Source: Nitrosopumilus sp. (GTDB lineage: Archaea; Thermoproteota; Nitrososphaeria; Nitrososphaerales; Nitrosopumilaceae). Taken from it: 64,000 nucleotides of DNA. Location of the stretch: contig CBDBLO010000002.1 in the NCBI GenBank assembly GCA_965207075.1, positions 288,001 through 352,000 on the forward strand, read 5' to 3'. Positions within the stretch are counted from its first letter, which is position 1; every line of letters begins with the position of its first letter. Made by a program: the position numbers and the translations under genes. The notes beneath the pieces are model-generated. The model had not been told where the DNA came from and did not search any database. It worked only from the letters and a program-made list of their open reading frames with translations. Shown piece after piece: positions 20,707-30,660 of the stretch.

Positions 20707-22415
20707 CGCTTGAGATTCCACGACGCCGGTACGCCGAGCTGTTCGGGCCCACCGCCGGCGACAGGGTCCGGCTTGCCGACACGGACCTGATAATAGAGAT
20801 CGAGCGCGACCTGCTCGTGCACGGCGACGAGATCGTCTTTGGCGGCGGGAAGAGCGCGCGCGACGGGATGGGCCAGGCCAGCGGCGTCCTGCGGGAGGAT
20901 TCGCTTGACCTGCTGATTACGAACGCGATCGTCATGGACCCGGTGCTTGGCATCGTAAAGGCCGACATCGGGATAAAGGACGGGCTAATCGCGGGCGTCG
21001 GGAACGCCGGAAACCCCCACATCATGGACGGCATAGAGATGACCGTGTCGTCTAACACGGAGGTGATCGCCGGCGAGCACACGATATGCACGCCGGGCAC
21101 CATAGACACTCACATCCACTTCATCTCGCCGCAGCAGGCGGTGGACGCCATATGCAACGGCACCACCACCATGATAGGCGGCGGCACGGGCCCCGCCGAC
21201 GGCACAAAGGCCACGACCTGCACGCCGGGCTCGTGGAACATACACCGCATGATAGAGGCCGCCGAGGAGTACCCTCTCAACTTTGGGTTCCTCTGCAAGG
21301 GCAACGACTCTAGGCCCGAGTCGCTTCTGGAGCAGGTGGGGGCCGGCGCCTGCGGGCTGAAGCTGCACGAGGACTGGGGGACGACCCCCGCCACCATAGA
21401 CTCGGCCCTGCGCGTGGCAGACGAGACGGACACGCAGGTCGCGATACACACCGACACGCTCAACGAGTGCGGCTTTGTGGACGATACCATACAGGCCATA
21501 GCGGGCCGGACCATCCACACGTACCACACGGAGGGGGCCGGCGGGGGGCACGCGCCCGACATAATGAGGGTGGCCGGGGAGCCTAACATACTGCCGTCCT
21601 CCACCAACCCGACGCGCCCGTTCACGGTGAACACGTTGGCGGAGCACCTCGACATGATGATGGTTTGCCACCACCTGAACCCCTCCGTCCCGGAGGACCT
21701 CTCGTTTGCAGAGTCGCGCATACGCGGCGAGACCATAGCGGCGGAGGACGTCCTGCACGACATGGGCGCCATATCCATGATGTCCTCTGACAGCCAGGCG
21801 ATGGGAAGGGTGGGGGAGGTTACCACCAGGAACTGGCAGACCGCCGACAAGATGAAGCGGAGCGCGGGGCGGCTTGCCGGCGAGCGCGGCGACAACGACA
21901 ACTTGCGCGTGAAGAGGTACCTTGCCAAGATCACCATAAACCCTGCCATCACGCACGGGATATCGGCCCACGTCGGCTCGCTTGAGCCCGGCAAGCTTGC
22001 CGACATCGTGGTGTGGACGCCGCAGTTCTTTGGCATAAAGCCCAAGATGATCATAAAGGGCGGGTTTGTCGCGTACTCGCTGATGGGCGATCCCAACGCG
22101 AGCATACCGACGACCGAACCGGTGTACTACCGCCCGATGTTCGGGGCGCTCGGCTCGGCCAAGCACTCGACGTCGGTCACGTTCACGTCAAAGCTGGCCA
22201 TTGCCCGCGGGCTTTCGGACAGCCTTGGAACCTCAAAGAGGCTGGTGCCAGTCGAGAACTGCCGCGGCATAGGCAAAAAGGACATGATATACAACGACCT
22301 GACGCCTGAGATACGCATCAATCCTGAGACCTACGAGGTCGTGGTGGACGGCAGTCCGGCCACTGCCGAACCGGCGACGCGCCTGTCCCTTGGAAGGTTG
22401 TACAGCCTGTACTAG
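20703..22415 (+). CDS. ureC: Urease subunit alpha
   Basis: [39 protein letters not shown] and SSDSQAMGR; all Ni ligands are present. Confidence 0.99.
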   Translation: MTLEIPRRRYAELFGPTAGDRVRLADTDLIIEIERDLLVHGDEIVFGGGKSARDGMGQASGVLREDSLDLLITNAIVMDPVLGIVKADIGIKDGLIAGVGNAGNPHIMDGIEMTVSSNTEVIAGEHTICTPGTIDTHIHFISPQQAVDAICNGTTTMIGGGTGPADGTKATTCTPGSWNIHRMIEAAEEYPLNFGFLCKGNDSRPESLLEQVGAGACGLKLHEDWGTTPATIDSALRVADETDTQVAIHTDTLNECGFVDDTIQAIAGRTIHTYHTEGAGGGHAPDIMRVAGEPNILPSSTNPTRPFTVNTLAEHLDMMMVCHHLNPSVPEDLSFAESRIRGETIAAEDVLHDMGAISMMSSDSQAMGRVGEVTTRNWQTADKMKRSAGRLAGERGDNDNLRVKRYLAKITINPAITHGISAHVGSLEPGKLADIVVWTPQFFGIKPKMIIKGGFVAYSLMGDPNASIPTTEPVYYRPMFGALGSAKHSTSVTFTSKLAIARGLSDSLGTSKRLVPVENCRGIGKKDMIYNDLTPEIRINPETYEVVVDGSPATAEPATRLSLGRLYSLY

Positions 22416-22494
22416 GCCTAGTCGACATCGACTAGTTTTTTGTATATAAGGCGAGATACGGTTTGAACGCATATGGGGGAAGTAGGCCACACGT

Positions 22495-24714
22495 ATGCGC
22501 ATGGAGCGCGGACAGCCTGCGACTACCACCCTCTCTACGATAACGGCATCAGTGGTGGCGCCGCTTGAATCTATTGCGTCTGCTGCGGCTGCTAACAAAA
22601 AGGCGATCATGTCCCGGCAGGCGTTTTTGCCGTCTGCGGCAGTGGCGCTGGTCGCCGTACTGGCTATATCCTGCGTCCCAAACCCGGCGTTTGGTGCCGG
22701 TGCCATCGCGGAAGGATTCACGATAGGCGACGTGCTCGACGAGAGCTGGGGCTGGTTCATAGTTGTGGGCCTCGGCGCCGTGTTCGCGATCGTAATCACG
22801 ATCGAGACAAAGGTGGAGGAACGATACCTAGGCGTCTCCCAGACCTCAGAGTGGTTCAACACGGCTGGCAGGGTGATCAAAACAGGCCTTACTGCGGCTG
22901 CCATTGTATCTGCCTGGACGTGGGCCGCCACGCTGCTGCAGTCGTCGACGGTCGCCTACCAGTACGGGGTAAGCGGTCCGTTCTGGTATGCGGCAGGCGC
23001 GTCCATACAGGTCCTTCTCTTCGGCATACTGGCAATAGAGCTCAAGCGCAAGGCGCCCAACGCGCACACGTTCCTGGAGATCATAAGGGCCAGGTACGGC
23101 GGCGGCGCCCACCGGGTCTTTCTAGTGTTCGCCCTGATGACCAACATGATAGTTACAGCCATGCTGCTGCTCGGCGGCGCCGCGGTCGTCAACGGGCTGA
23201 CCGGCATGGACATCTCGCTTGCCGCGTTCCTGATCCCGATAGGCGTGATGATATACACGCTGGTCGGCGGGCTAAAGGCCACGTTCGTTGCAGACTACAT
23301 GCATACCATAATCATATTCATCGTGATACTGATATTCGTCGGCACGGTCTACTTTGTCAGCCCCATTACGGGCGGCATCGAGGGGATGTACGACAAGCTC
23401 GTCGAGGCCGCGCGCATAAGCCCGGTGGAGGGCAACGCGGCGGGCGCCTACCTTACCATGGCGTCCATCGGCGGGCTGATATTCGGCGTGATCAACATAG
23501 TGGGCAACTTTGGCACCGTGTTTGTGGACCAGGCGTACTGGCAGCGCGCGATTGCCGCGCGCCCGCAGTCCACGGTAAAGGGGTTCCTGCTAGGGGGCGC
23601 CTGCTGGTTTGCCATTCCGTTTACGCTTGCAACTACAATGGGCCTCACGGCCGTCGCGCTTGGCGTGGACCTGACGCCAGAGCAGGTCCAGCTCGGGCTT
23701 ACGGTACCCGCCGCCGCATCGGTTTTGATGGGCGAGGTGGGCGCCGTGATGGTGCTGACCATGCTGTTCATGGCCGTGACGTCGGCGGGATCCGCCGAGC
23801 TGATCGCCGTCTCGTCGCTGATCACGTACGACGTGTATAGGACGTACAAGAACCCGTCGGCGTCGGGAAAACAGCTGCTAAAGGTCTCGCGCGCCACCAT
23901 AGTCGGGTTCGGCCTGGGCATGGGGGGCCTGGCGGTGATACTGCTGAGCATGGGACTGTCACTGGGATTCGTATACCTGGCGATGGGCGTGCTGATCGGC
24001 TCTGCCGTGATACCGATAGCCCTGACGATCACGTGGAAGCGCACAAACAAGTACGCCGCCACGATAGGCGCGATTGCGGGGCTCTTCGTGGCGCTGGGCA
24101 CGTGGGTCGGCGTGGCCGCGTCGCTGCCAGAGTTCGGGGGCGAGGTGTCGCTTGCCAGTCTGGGGCACAACTACTCTATGCTCTTCGGTAACATAGCCGG
24201 CATACTTACGGGCGGCGCCATCGCGGGCCTGGGAAGCCTGGCAAGCAGGACCAAGTTCGACTGGGCATTAATGAGGGAGAGGATAAAGCTGGTGGACATC
24301 AGCCAGGCCGAGAAGGCGGCGCTCGACGCGGACGAAAAGACGCTTGCGCGCGCGTTCAAGTTCAGCCTCAAGGGAGGCGGGATCATGACCCTGGTGCTGA
24401 TCATAGCGTGGCCCATGCCGCTGTTCTTCTCCGGGTACGTGTTTGACATCGGGTTCTACTCTCTGTGGGTCGGCATAGCCGTCGTATGGGTGAGCGCCGC
24501 GACCTTTTTTATAGTTGGGCTGCCCATCATAGAAGCGAGGCATGGAATCGCACAGGTCGCCAGGGGCAGGAAGGCAGTCGTCACGGAATCCGGGGCGCAG
24601 GAGGCCGTCGAGGATGATCCTGCCGATGAAGCCGGCGGTGGCGACGATGACGACAGTGGTGGCGACGACGACGCCAAAAGCGGAAAGGACGACGGGGCGA
24701 AACCGGGGGCGTGA
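22495..24714 (+). CDS. dur3: Dur3-type urea:Na+ symporter (second paralogue, no USP domain)
   Basis: SAWTWAATLLQSS and NFGTVFVDQAYWQRAIAA. Signal-peptide-like N-terminus; the true start may be near 22609. Confidence 0.94.
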   Translation: MRMERGQPATTTLSTITASVVAPLESIASAAAANKKAIMSRQAFLPSAAVALVAVLAISCVPNPAFGAGAIAEGFTIGDVLDESWGWFIVVGLGAVFAIVITIETKVEERYLGVSQTSEWFNTAGRVIKTGLTAAAIVSAWTWAATLLQSSTVAYQYGVSGPFWYAAGASIQVLLFGILAIELKRKAPNAHTFLEIIRARYGGGAHRVFLVFALMTNMIVTAMLLLGGAAVVNGLTGMDISLAAFLIPIGVMIYTLVGGLKATFVADYMHTIIIFIVILIFVGTVYFVSPITGGIEGMYDKLVEAARISPVEGNAAGAYLTMASIGGLIFGVINIVGNFGTVFVDQAYWQRAIAARPQSTVKGFLLGGACWFAIPFTLATTMGLTAVALGVDLTPEQVQLGLTVPAAASVLMGEVGAVMVLTMLFMAVTSAGSAELIAVSSLITYDVYRTYKNPSASGKQLLKVSRATIVGFGLGMGGLAVILLSMGLSLGFVYLAMGVLIGSAVIPIALTITWKRTNKYAATIGAIAGLFVALGTWVGVAASLPEFGGEVSLASLGHNYSMLFGNIAGILTGGAIAGLGSLASRTKFDWALMRERIKLVDISQAEKAALDADEKTLARAFKFSLKGGGIMTLVLIIAWPMPLFFSGYVFDIGFYSLWVGIAVVWVSAATFFIVGLPIIEARHGIAQVARGRKAVVTESGAQEAVEDDPADEAGGGDDDDSGGDDDAKSGKDDGAKPGA

Positions 24715-24720
24715 TCCCTC

Positions 24721-25290
24721 GTGACACACTGCGCCGGGTGCGGCATCACCCTTGGATGGAAGAAATACAAGTTCCAGCGCATGTGGCGCATACCGGGCTA
24801 CTATTGCAGGCCCTGCATGCTGGAGCTCGGCAAGGAGTTTGACAAGCACGCCAAGATTGTAAGCCCTACTAGGAAGTGCGATCTATGCGGCGTCGACTAT
24901 TACTTTATGAAGCCGTACAACAAGGGCGGCACCCACCACAACTACTGCCACGTCTGCTACGAGGCAGTATCAAACGGGGCCGTTCCCGTCCCCACGGCGC
25001 CAAAATCAAAAAACGAGCTGCCGAGGCCCCCGCAGAAGCTGCCCCTTGTAATGATAATCTTTGCCGGACTGGGCGGCCTGATGATGCTGCTTGGACTGGG
25101 CTTTACCATGATGTCCACCGGGGAGGATGCCAACGTGACGCACATCCTGTTTGGCGCCATTACGACCGCGCTCGGGTTCGTCCTGATTCGAAAGACGCTA
25201 AAGTCGCGCAGCCTGCTACTGGGCCGCGGAAACGTGGGAGGCGGCAGCGGCAGACCCGAGTCGCCCAATCCGGAGACTACGACCCGCTAG
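24721..25290 (+). CDS. Zn-ribbon membrane protein (four CxxC plus two predicted TM helices)
   Basis: CAGC, CRPC, CDLC and CHVC followed by two hydrophobic segments; starts 6 nt after dur3. Confidence 0.8.
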   Translation: MTHCAGCGITLGWKKYKFQRMWRIPGYYCRPCMLELGKEFDKHAKIVSPTRKCDLCGVDYYFMKPYNKGGTHHNYCHVCYEAVSNGAVPVPTAPKSKNELPRPPQKLPLVMIIFAGLGGLMMLLGLGFTMMSTGEDANVTHILFGAITTALGFVLIRKTLKSRSLLLGRGNVGGGSGRPESPNPETTTR

Positions 25291-25323
25291 TGCTCTTGGC
25301 TGCCGCTTCCTGACGTGACACTG

Positions 25324-26184
25324 CTATATCCCCAGCGCTGCGGCCACGCCGCTCGCAATGATATACGCGCCAAACAGCATGGCGATGCTCCCCGACGCGT
25401 ACCGGATTGCCCTCCTTGCGGTGTTGGTGCTGCCGCATGCCGCAAACAACAGTGACAGGGCGCCCGCCACCAGCACCATGCCGATCGTCGATCCCGCGCC
25501 AAACACTGACGCAAGTAATAGCGGCAGCGGTAGCAGCGCCCCGGCATCGGCCGCGGACGACGCTATTGCGTCCGGCATGGCCGACAGGGCCAACACTACC
25601 AGCCCCCCGCTTCCGGCCAGGCCGTGCACACATCCTATGACGTACGGGACGTGGCTGTGCGAGTGGCTCATGCTGCCGTCATCACCCACACCCTCGCGTT
25701 TGTCGTCGTGGCTGTGCGGATGGGAGTGCGTCGTTCCGTCCTCGTGCGTGTGGACGTGCGAGTGCGTCCAGAGCCGTGACAGGAATGGCAGCGTCCACCC
25801 TTTTGTGCCGCCGCCCCTCTCGCGTATCGCCGATATTCCAAGCAGGATCAGCATCACGCCCACCCCCATCTCGAATATGTCAAACAGCTCGTGTGGGATG
25901 TTTACGGATAGTATGATGACTAACACCGCCACTAGAAATATGCTAGACGCGTGCCCGAACCCCCATAACAGGCCCGATATGGAGCCCGTTATGCCTGCCC
26001 TCTTCTTACTCTGTTTCTCTTCCTCCTTCTTCCCCCGTCTGACGGACGACAGCATTGCGGTTACGTGATCCGGCTCCAATGCATGGTACAGCCCTACCAG
26101 CAGTCCGGCCCCCAACAACAGCAGGGGGGCCTCTGCATACGGCGCATGGTATGCGCCTGCAAGCAGCCCGTCCAACACGGTCAT
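25324..26184 (-). CDS. His-rich nickel transporter (NiCoT/UreH-like)
   Basis: HALEPDH, WGFGH, HSHVHTHEDGTTHSHPHSH and HGLAGSG; multiple TM helices. Confidence 0.88.
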   Translation of the reverse strand: MTVLDGLLAGAYHAPYAEAPLLLLGAGLLVGLYHALEPDHVTAMLSSVRRGKKEEEKQSKKRAGITGSISGLLWGFGHASSIFLVAVLVIILSVNIPHELFDIFEMGVGVMLILLGISAIRERGGGTKGWTLPFLSRLWTHSHVHTHEDGTTHSHPHSHDDKREGVGDDGSMSHSHSHVPYVIGCVHGLAGSGGLVVLALSAMPDAIASSAADAGALLPLPLLLASVFGAGSTIGMVLVAGALSLLFAACGSTNTARRAIRYASGSIAMLFGAYIIASGVAAALGI

Positions 26185-26711
26185 GGCATCTCCCCCGAGA
26201 TCATCCTGCCGCCACTGCCGCCGCCATTGCTGTTGCTAAACAATGATGCTGGAGATGCTGATGGCTGTCCCTGACTCAATCCCTGTTTCATATATGATGT
26301 GGGCCTGATTGGATCCTGTATCACAATATTTACCGCGTCGCCTCCTGTCCTGTCCGTGATGCCGATCTCAAGGCGCTTGATCATGTCCGGCACGCCGATC
26401 ATCACCTGGTGGTCAGACAGCATGTCCGGCAGCCCCTCCTCGATTGCAGGCGTACGCGAGTCCTGGCGGTCTGCTGCCGCAGACGAGTAAGCGCATGCCC
26501 CGTACAGCAGCATGACGTCGTTGATGTTTATCCTGCGGTTGCCGGCGATCATGTTCTGGATCGAGTCGGCCGCTGCCGCAAGCATCTCCTCGTCGCTTCT
26601 GTCCCTGATATCGTACCGCCTGGTCAGCGGGCCCATGTCCCTGTCTGCTCCCCGCGCGGTTACCCGGATGGTGCACTGCAGGAGGCGGCTGCTGTGTGTA
26701 TTACGCGTCAA
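26181..26711 (-). CDS. Divergent urease gamma-subunit-like protein
   Basis: By-eye alignment to the local UreA: RININD~KLNHPE, LSDHQVMIGVPDMI~[21 protein letters not shown]~VTVHDPI. Has 4-nt overlaps with both neighbours. Confidence 0.7.
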   Translation of the reverse strand: MTRNTHSSRLLQCTIRVTARGADRDMGPLTRRYDIRDRSDEEMLAAAADSIQNMIAGNRRININDVMLLYGACAYSSAAADRQDSRTPAIEEGLPDMLSDHQVMIGVPDMIKRLEIGITDRTGGDAVNIVIQDPIRPTSYMKQGLSQGQPSASPASLFSNSNGGGSGGRMISGEMP

Positions 26712-27823
26712 CCGCGATCAGGAATCTCCGCCCGTGGGTTTCCAAAGTTGTACGTGTTGCCCGTACCGCGATAGTCCCTCGGCCTGACGGGGCTGCCGCC
26801 CTCAAGCCCCCTCTTTGTAAGCGAGAGTCCCGCCAGCAGCTCCACTATCAGCCGCTGGCCAAGGCCCGAGGTAATCCCGCCGTTGTACGAGCTGTTGTCG
26901 CTGACGTCGTACGCCGGCGCGACCTCCACCAGATCCATCGCAAAGCGGTCCGGGTCAAAGGATTTCGAGAGCAGCCTGATCATGCGTATGCCCTCCCTGG
27001 ATGTCAGTCCGTTGGGCTCCGGCTCCCCGGTGCCGGGGGCGTATGCGGGGTCAAACGAGTCTATGTCCCAGCTCAGGTATACCGCGTCCGTCCCGTCGTT
27101 TGCGCGGTCCGCAATCTCCTTTGCGATATAGTCTATGCCCATCTCCTCCACGTCGAGCATCGTAAACCATTGAAAGTCCTGGTCGGACATCCACTTGTAC
27201 AGATCCGGCCCCGGCCAGTATCCGCGCGGTCCCACAAGCGAGTAGTTGCGCCCCTTCATGCACCCGATCTCCATTATGCGGCGTATGTGGGCCCCGTGGT
27301 CGTACTTGTAGCCAGTCAAGCCCTGCGGCGCGCAGTCCGCGTGCGTGTCAAAGTGTATCATGCCTATCCGCTTGTACTTTTTTGCAAATGCCCTTACGTT
27401 GGCATACGTTATGGAGTGGTCCCCCCCGAGCATGACCGGGATGCCGTCTTGCTCGAGCACCTCCTTGACCTTTACGGTCATCCTCTTGTGTGACTCTATC
27501 ACGTCGCCCGGCGAGACCTGCACGTCGCCGTAGTCCACGGTTCTGAACGTACCAAACGGGTCGGCCCCGGTCTCTATGTTGAACCGCTCGTACGGCGGGG
27601 ACGGTATGGTGGACGCGGCGCGCAGGGCACGCGGGCCGTACCTCGCACCCGGCCGTATCGTGGTGCCAAAGTCAAACGGCTCGCCTATTATCGCCACGTC
27701 GGGGTTTGCCTCTACCAGCTCGGCGTGGCTTCTGATCCAGGGCAGGTGCAGAAATGTGTTTATTCCCACAAACGGCGCGACGTCGGCCCCCCGGTAATCG
27801 TCACCGTAAAACTCCATCCCCAT
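26708..27823 (-). CDS. Ureohydrolase (agmatinase/arginase/guanidinase family), substrate unknown
   Basis: RPGARYGP, GGDHS, DTHAD and SWDIDSFDPAYAPGTGEPEPNG; binuclear metal ligands are intact. Confidence 0.95.
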   Translation of the reverse strand: MGMEFYGDDYRGADVAPFVGINTFLHLPWIRSHAELVEANPDVAIIGEPFDFGTTIRPGARYGPRALRAASTIPSPPYERFNIETGADPFGTFRTVDYGDVQVSPGDVIESHKRMTVKVKEVLEQDGIPVMLGGDHSITYANVRAFAKKYKRIGMIHFDTHADCAPQGLTGYKYDHGAHIRRIMEIGCMKGRNYSLVGPRGYWPGPDLYKWMSDQDFQWFTMLDVEEMGIDYIAKEIADRANDGTDAVYLSWDIDSFDPAYAPGTGEPEPNGLTSREGIRMIRLLSKSFDPDRFAMDLVEVAPAYDVSDNSSYNGGITSGLGQRLIVELLAGLSLTKRGLEGGSPVRPRDYRGTGNTYNFGNPRAEIPDRG

Positions 27824-27995
27824 GATAATCAATTATGTGACGCATTGTGGATAAATAAAGATTCCAAGTAAAGTACGCATGCGCGGCGCGACACCGACAA
27901 GGCGCGCCGGATCGTATATGGGGGAACGGCCTTCCGCGCGCGCCCTGCTCGCGCGGCAACATCCAAAGTTATAAGCGCGTGCGTCTAGTTCGCGC

Positions 27996-29249
27996 GTGGT
28001 ATTTGCAGGAAAGGGACGCGGCGTAAACGAGTGGCGTCACATAAACGAAGGACTCCGATGCGAACGGTACGGACAGCTCTCAAAGGCGGCTTCCCGGTTC
28101 GCAAAGGCCTTGAGCATAAACCCGCACAACGGGACCGCCCTGATGCACATTGCGGGCATACGCTACCAGACGGGAAGGTACGACGACTCCGAACGCTGCT
28201 ATGCAGAGATAGTCGAGTCCGATCCCTCCAACATAGACGCCCTGCAGGGCCTGGGGCTTGCGCTCGAAAAGCAGCACAAGTATGCGGAGGCCCTTGCACA
28301 CTTTGAGAAGATCCTTGCAATAGACGCCACGTATGACGACGCAGTTGCATACTCGGCCCTCTGCAGGAGCGGACTCGGGGGTCACGACGAGGCGCTTGCG
28401 ATGCTTGACGGGGTGATATCGAGAAGCGGCGGCCACCACGTGCAGGCCCACTACTGCAGGAGCCGCGTCCTGAGCCGGATGCACAGGGATGCCGAGTCCA
28501 TATCGGCCCTGAATGACGCAAGGAAGGCCGAGGCCAGGCAGTCTGCCGCCCTGTACGAGCAGGGCAGGGCTCTGTCACGGCAGAAAAGGCACGAGAAGGC
28601 GGTGGAGATGTACACAAGGGCGCTGCGCCTGAACCCGGAGAACGCGGACGCGCTCGTGGCAAAGGGCTGGACGCTTGACTATGCGGGGCTTCCCTCAAAG
28701 GACGTGGTCCCGCTCTATGAAAAGGCCATACAAGTCGACCCGCACTGCACCGAGGCCCACCTCAACCTGAGCTTCCTGTATGACCGGACCGGCCTGTACC
28801 GTAAGGCAGTCGCGTGCCTTGACAGGATTCTCGAGTACGATCCGAGGAACGTCAGGGCCCTTTACAGCAAGGGGATCGCGCTGCACTCGCTAAAGCAGCA
28901 TGCTGCGGCCGCGTTCTTTTGCGACGCTGCGATACGCGCCGACCCCTCGAACCCCAAGGCCCTGTGCAGCATGGTCTGGATATTGGAGCACCGCAAACAG
29001 TATGCGGAGGCCCTTGAATACTGCGATCTGGCCATCGACGCGGATCCGGAGTACGCGTACGCGCACAGTTATCGCGGAAAGCTGCTGTACCTTCTGGAGC
29101 GGCACGACGAGGCCCTCATGTCGTACGAAAAGGCGCTCTCGCTTGATCCTGGCAACCGCACCGCTGAGTACTATCGCGACAAGGTTGTGGAAAAAATCAC
29201 AAAGGCGCAAAAAAGGGCCGCAAAAGGGAGGAAGGGGGGGCCAAGATAG
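27996..29249 (+). CDS. Tetratricopeptide repeat protein
   Basis: About ten tandem ~34-aa TPR-like units (A..Y.KAL.LDP). TATA-like TTATAA near 27969. Confidence 0.9.
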   Translation: MVFAGKGRGVNEWRHINEGLRCERYGQLSKAASRFAKALSINPHNGTALMHIAGIRYQTGRYDDSERCYAEIVESDPSNIDALQGLGLALEKQHKYAEALAHFEKILAIDATYDDAVAYSALCRSGLGGHDEALAMLDGVISRSGGHHVQAHYCRSRVLSRMHRDAESISALNDARKAEARQSAALYEQGRALSRQKRHEKAVEMYTRALRLNPENADALVAKGWTLDYAGLPSKDVVPLYEKAIQVDPHCTEAHLNLSFLYDRTGLYRKAVACLDRILEYDPRNVRALYSKGIALHSLKQHAAAAFFCDAAIRADPSNPKALCSMVWILEHRKQYAEALEYCDLAIDADPEYAYAHSYRGKLLYLLERHDEALMSYEKALSLDPGNRTAEYYRDKVVEKITKAQKRAAKGRKGGPR

Positions 29250-29418
29250 CCGGTGACTGCCGCCATAATTAATGCAGAATGCGCGCCCGCGCAATTCACG
29301 GCCCGCCCGACGGGCGATTCGTACTGTACGCAGGCGGCCGGCCCGAAAATATTATGTGTAATTTGCAACAACACGACAGTGACAAAAATCTTATAACATA
29401 CCACGCCACACCACATGC

Positions 29419-29673
29419 ATGGTCGCGGTAAGCACGCCGGAGGACATAGAGCGCGAGTCCAGGCGCGTCATCACGTCCCTGTACGGCGACGTGATATCCG
29501 ACTTTAGGGTCAACGAGACTTTTCAGATACCCGAGAAGGGGCCGCGCGTGGCGTGGGACGTGCAGGTGAACTTTATGCGTGACGGGCTAAAGTATACCGT
29601 GGACCTCGAGATACAGGAAAAAGATTGCCAGGTTACGAACGCCAGACTGATCGACACCATGACGCCGCTGTGA
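29419..29673 (+). CDS. Small hypothetical protein
   Basis: 84 aa with coding-like codon usage. TTTATAA lies about 25 nt upstream of the ATG. Confidence 0.75.
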   Translation: MVAVSTPEDIERESRRVITSLYGDVISDFRVNETFQIPEKGPRVAWDVQVNFMRDGLKYTVDLEIQEKDCQVTNARLIDTMTPL

Positions 29674-29680
29674 CGGCGGC

Positions 29681-30208
29681 TCAGGCAGAGAGGATCTCCT
29701 TTGCGGTTCTCATCCTTTGCAGGATGTTGTTTACGTACACGTCGGCAAACCTGTCAAAGGTCATGTGGCCGTTCCCGGACCCTGCCGCAGCCGCGGCACG
29801 GTGCGACTCGTACTCTGAGTGGAGCCACTCAAAGTCCGACTCCTGCAGCCGTATGATCCCGTTCTGCGACTCGAACTTTGACTCGAACAGGTTTGCAAGA
29901 AAGTAGCTGACAAAGTGCGAGTAGCACTTTATGCGGTATTTTGATGCGTACTCCCCCATGTGTTCCTTGTGGTAACTGTCGATCCACTCCTTTATGTCGT
30001 TGCGTATGGTCAGCGTGTTGTACTTGCCTGAGAGGTCGAGCCTGTGGCCGTGCATCCTCACCGTATACCGTCCCAGCCTCACCTCGTTCATCAGAATTAT
30101 CAGGGTGCTTGGCAGGAACATTCCCGGATAGAACGTGTCCGTGACGCTTGTGAGGAGCGCCAGTATGCTCGGCTTGAGGCCGATTGTAGAATATCCACTG
30201 CCGGGCAT
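29681..30208 (-). CDS. Hypothetical protein, possibly tandem ribbon-helix-helix repeats
   Basis: 175 aa with an AT-rich promoter upstream (30229-30256) and three strand-helix-helix-like segments. Confidence 0.75.
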   Translation of the reverse strand: MPGSGYSTIGLKPSILALLTSVTDTFYPGMFLPSTLIILMNEVRLGRYTVRMHGHRLDLSGKYNTLTIRNDIKEWIDSYHKEHMGEYASKYRIKCYSHFVSYFLANLFESKFESQNGIIRLQESDFEWLHSEYESHRAAAAAGSGNGHMTFDRFADVYVNNILQRMRTAKEILSA

Positions 30209-30444
30209 GCAGTGCGTACCGTACTGGCGTTTATATTATTTTATGAATATATTAAAAGTGCGCGTTCCGGCCGGCTTAATTTACGCTTGGGCGCGTCCTG
30301 CATCTGGCATTGTGGGCATAAGGCTCTAACCGATCCGGCCGTATGCCGTCAAAACCTTGCACCGTCGCGCGCCGCCTGCAGTGCGCGCCGCCGCGGACGC
30401 GCGCGGCCAAGCGCGACGAACGCCTGCAGTCGCCGCGCCTGTAG

Positions 30445-30660
30445 TCACTGCCCCGTGCGGTTCTTCTTGATGTCCGATATGATCCGCATCACTATCCAGA
30501 ACGACGCGATTGCGATGGTCCCGACTCCAAGTCCCGCCAGAAACGGCATGCTCTGGTCTGCGCCGTCCTGCTCCCCGCCGCCCATCTGGGTCAGGGCAAA
30601 ACCGAATATTATCAGTATGACTGCCGCCGCAAACTGCTTGTCCACAGACGGGATGTGCAT
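30445..30660 (-). CDS. Small two-TM membrane protein
   Basis: Hydrophobic segments FAAAVILIIFGFAL and FLAGLGVGTIAIASFWIV, followed by a basic tail. Confidence 0.6.
   Translation of the reverse strand: MHIPSVDKQFAAAVILIIFGFALTQMGGGEQDGADQSMPFLAGLGVGTIAIASFWIVMRIISDIKKNRTGQ

Noticed and set aside
27833-28044. Exact 11-bp inverted repeat TTATGTGACGC / GCGTCACATAA about 200 bp apart
   Set aside because: The second copy is inside the TPR coding region, and such a match is expected by chance somewhere in 64 kb. It is not evidence of an invertible element.
30373-30445. Three CGCCTG(C/T)AGT direct repeats
   Set aside because: Short, irregularly spaced and in very GC-rich sequence. Not CRISPR-like, and there are no cas genes in the window.
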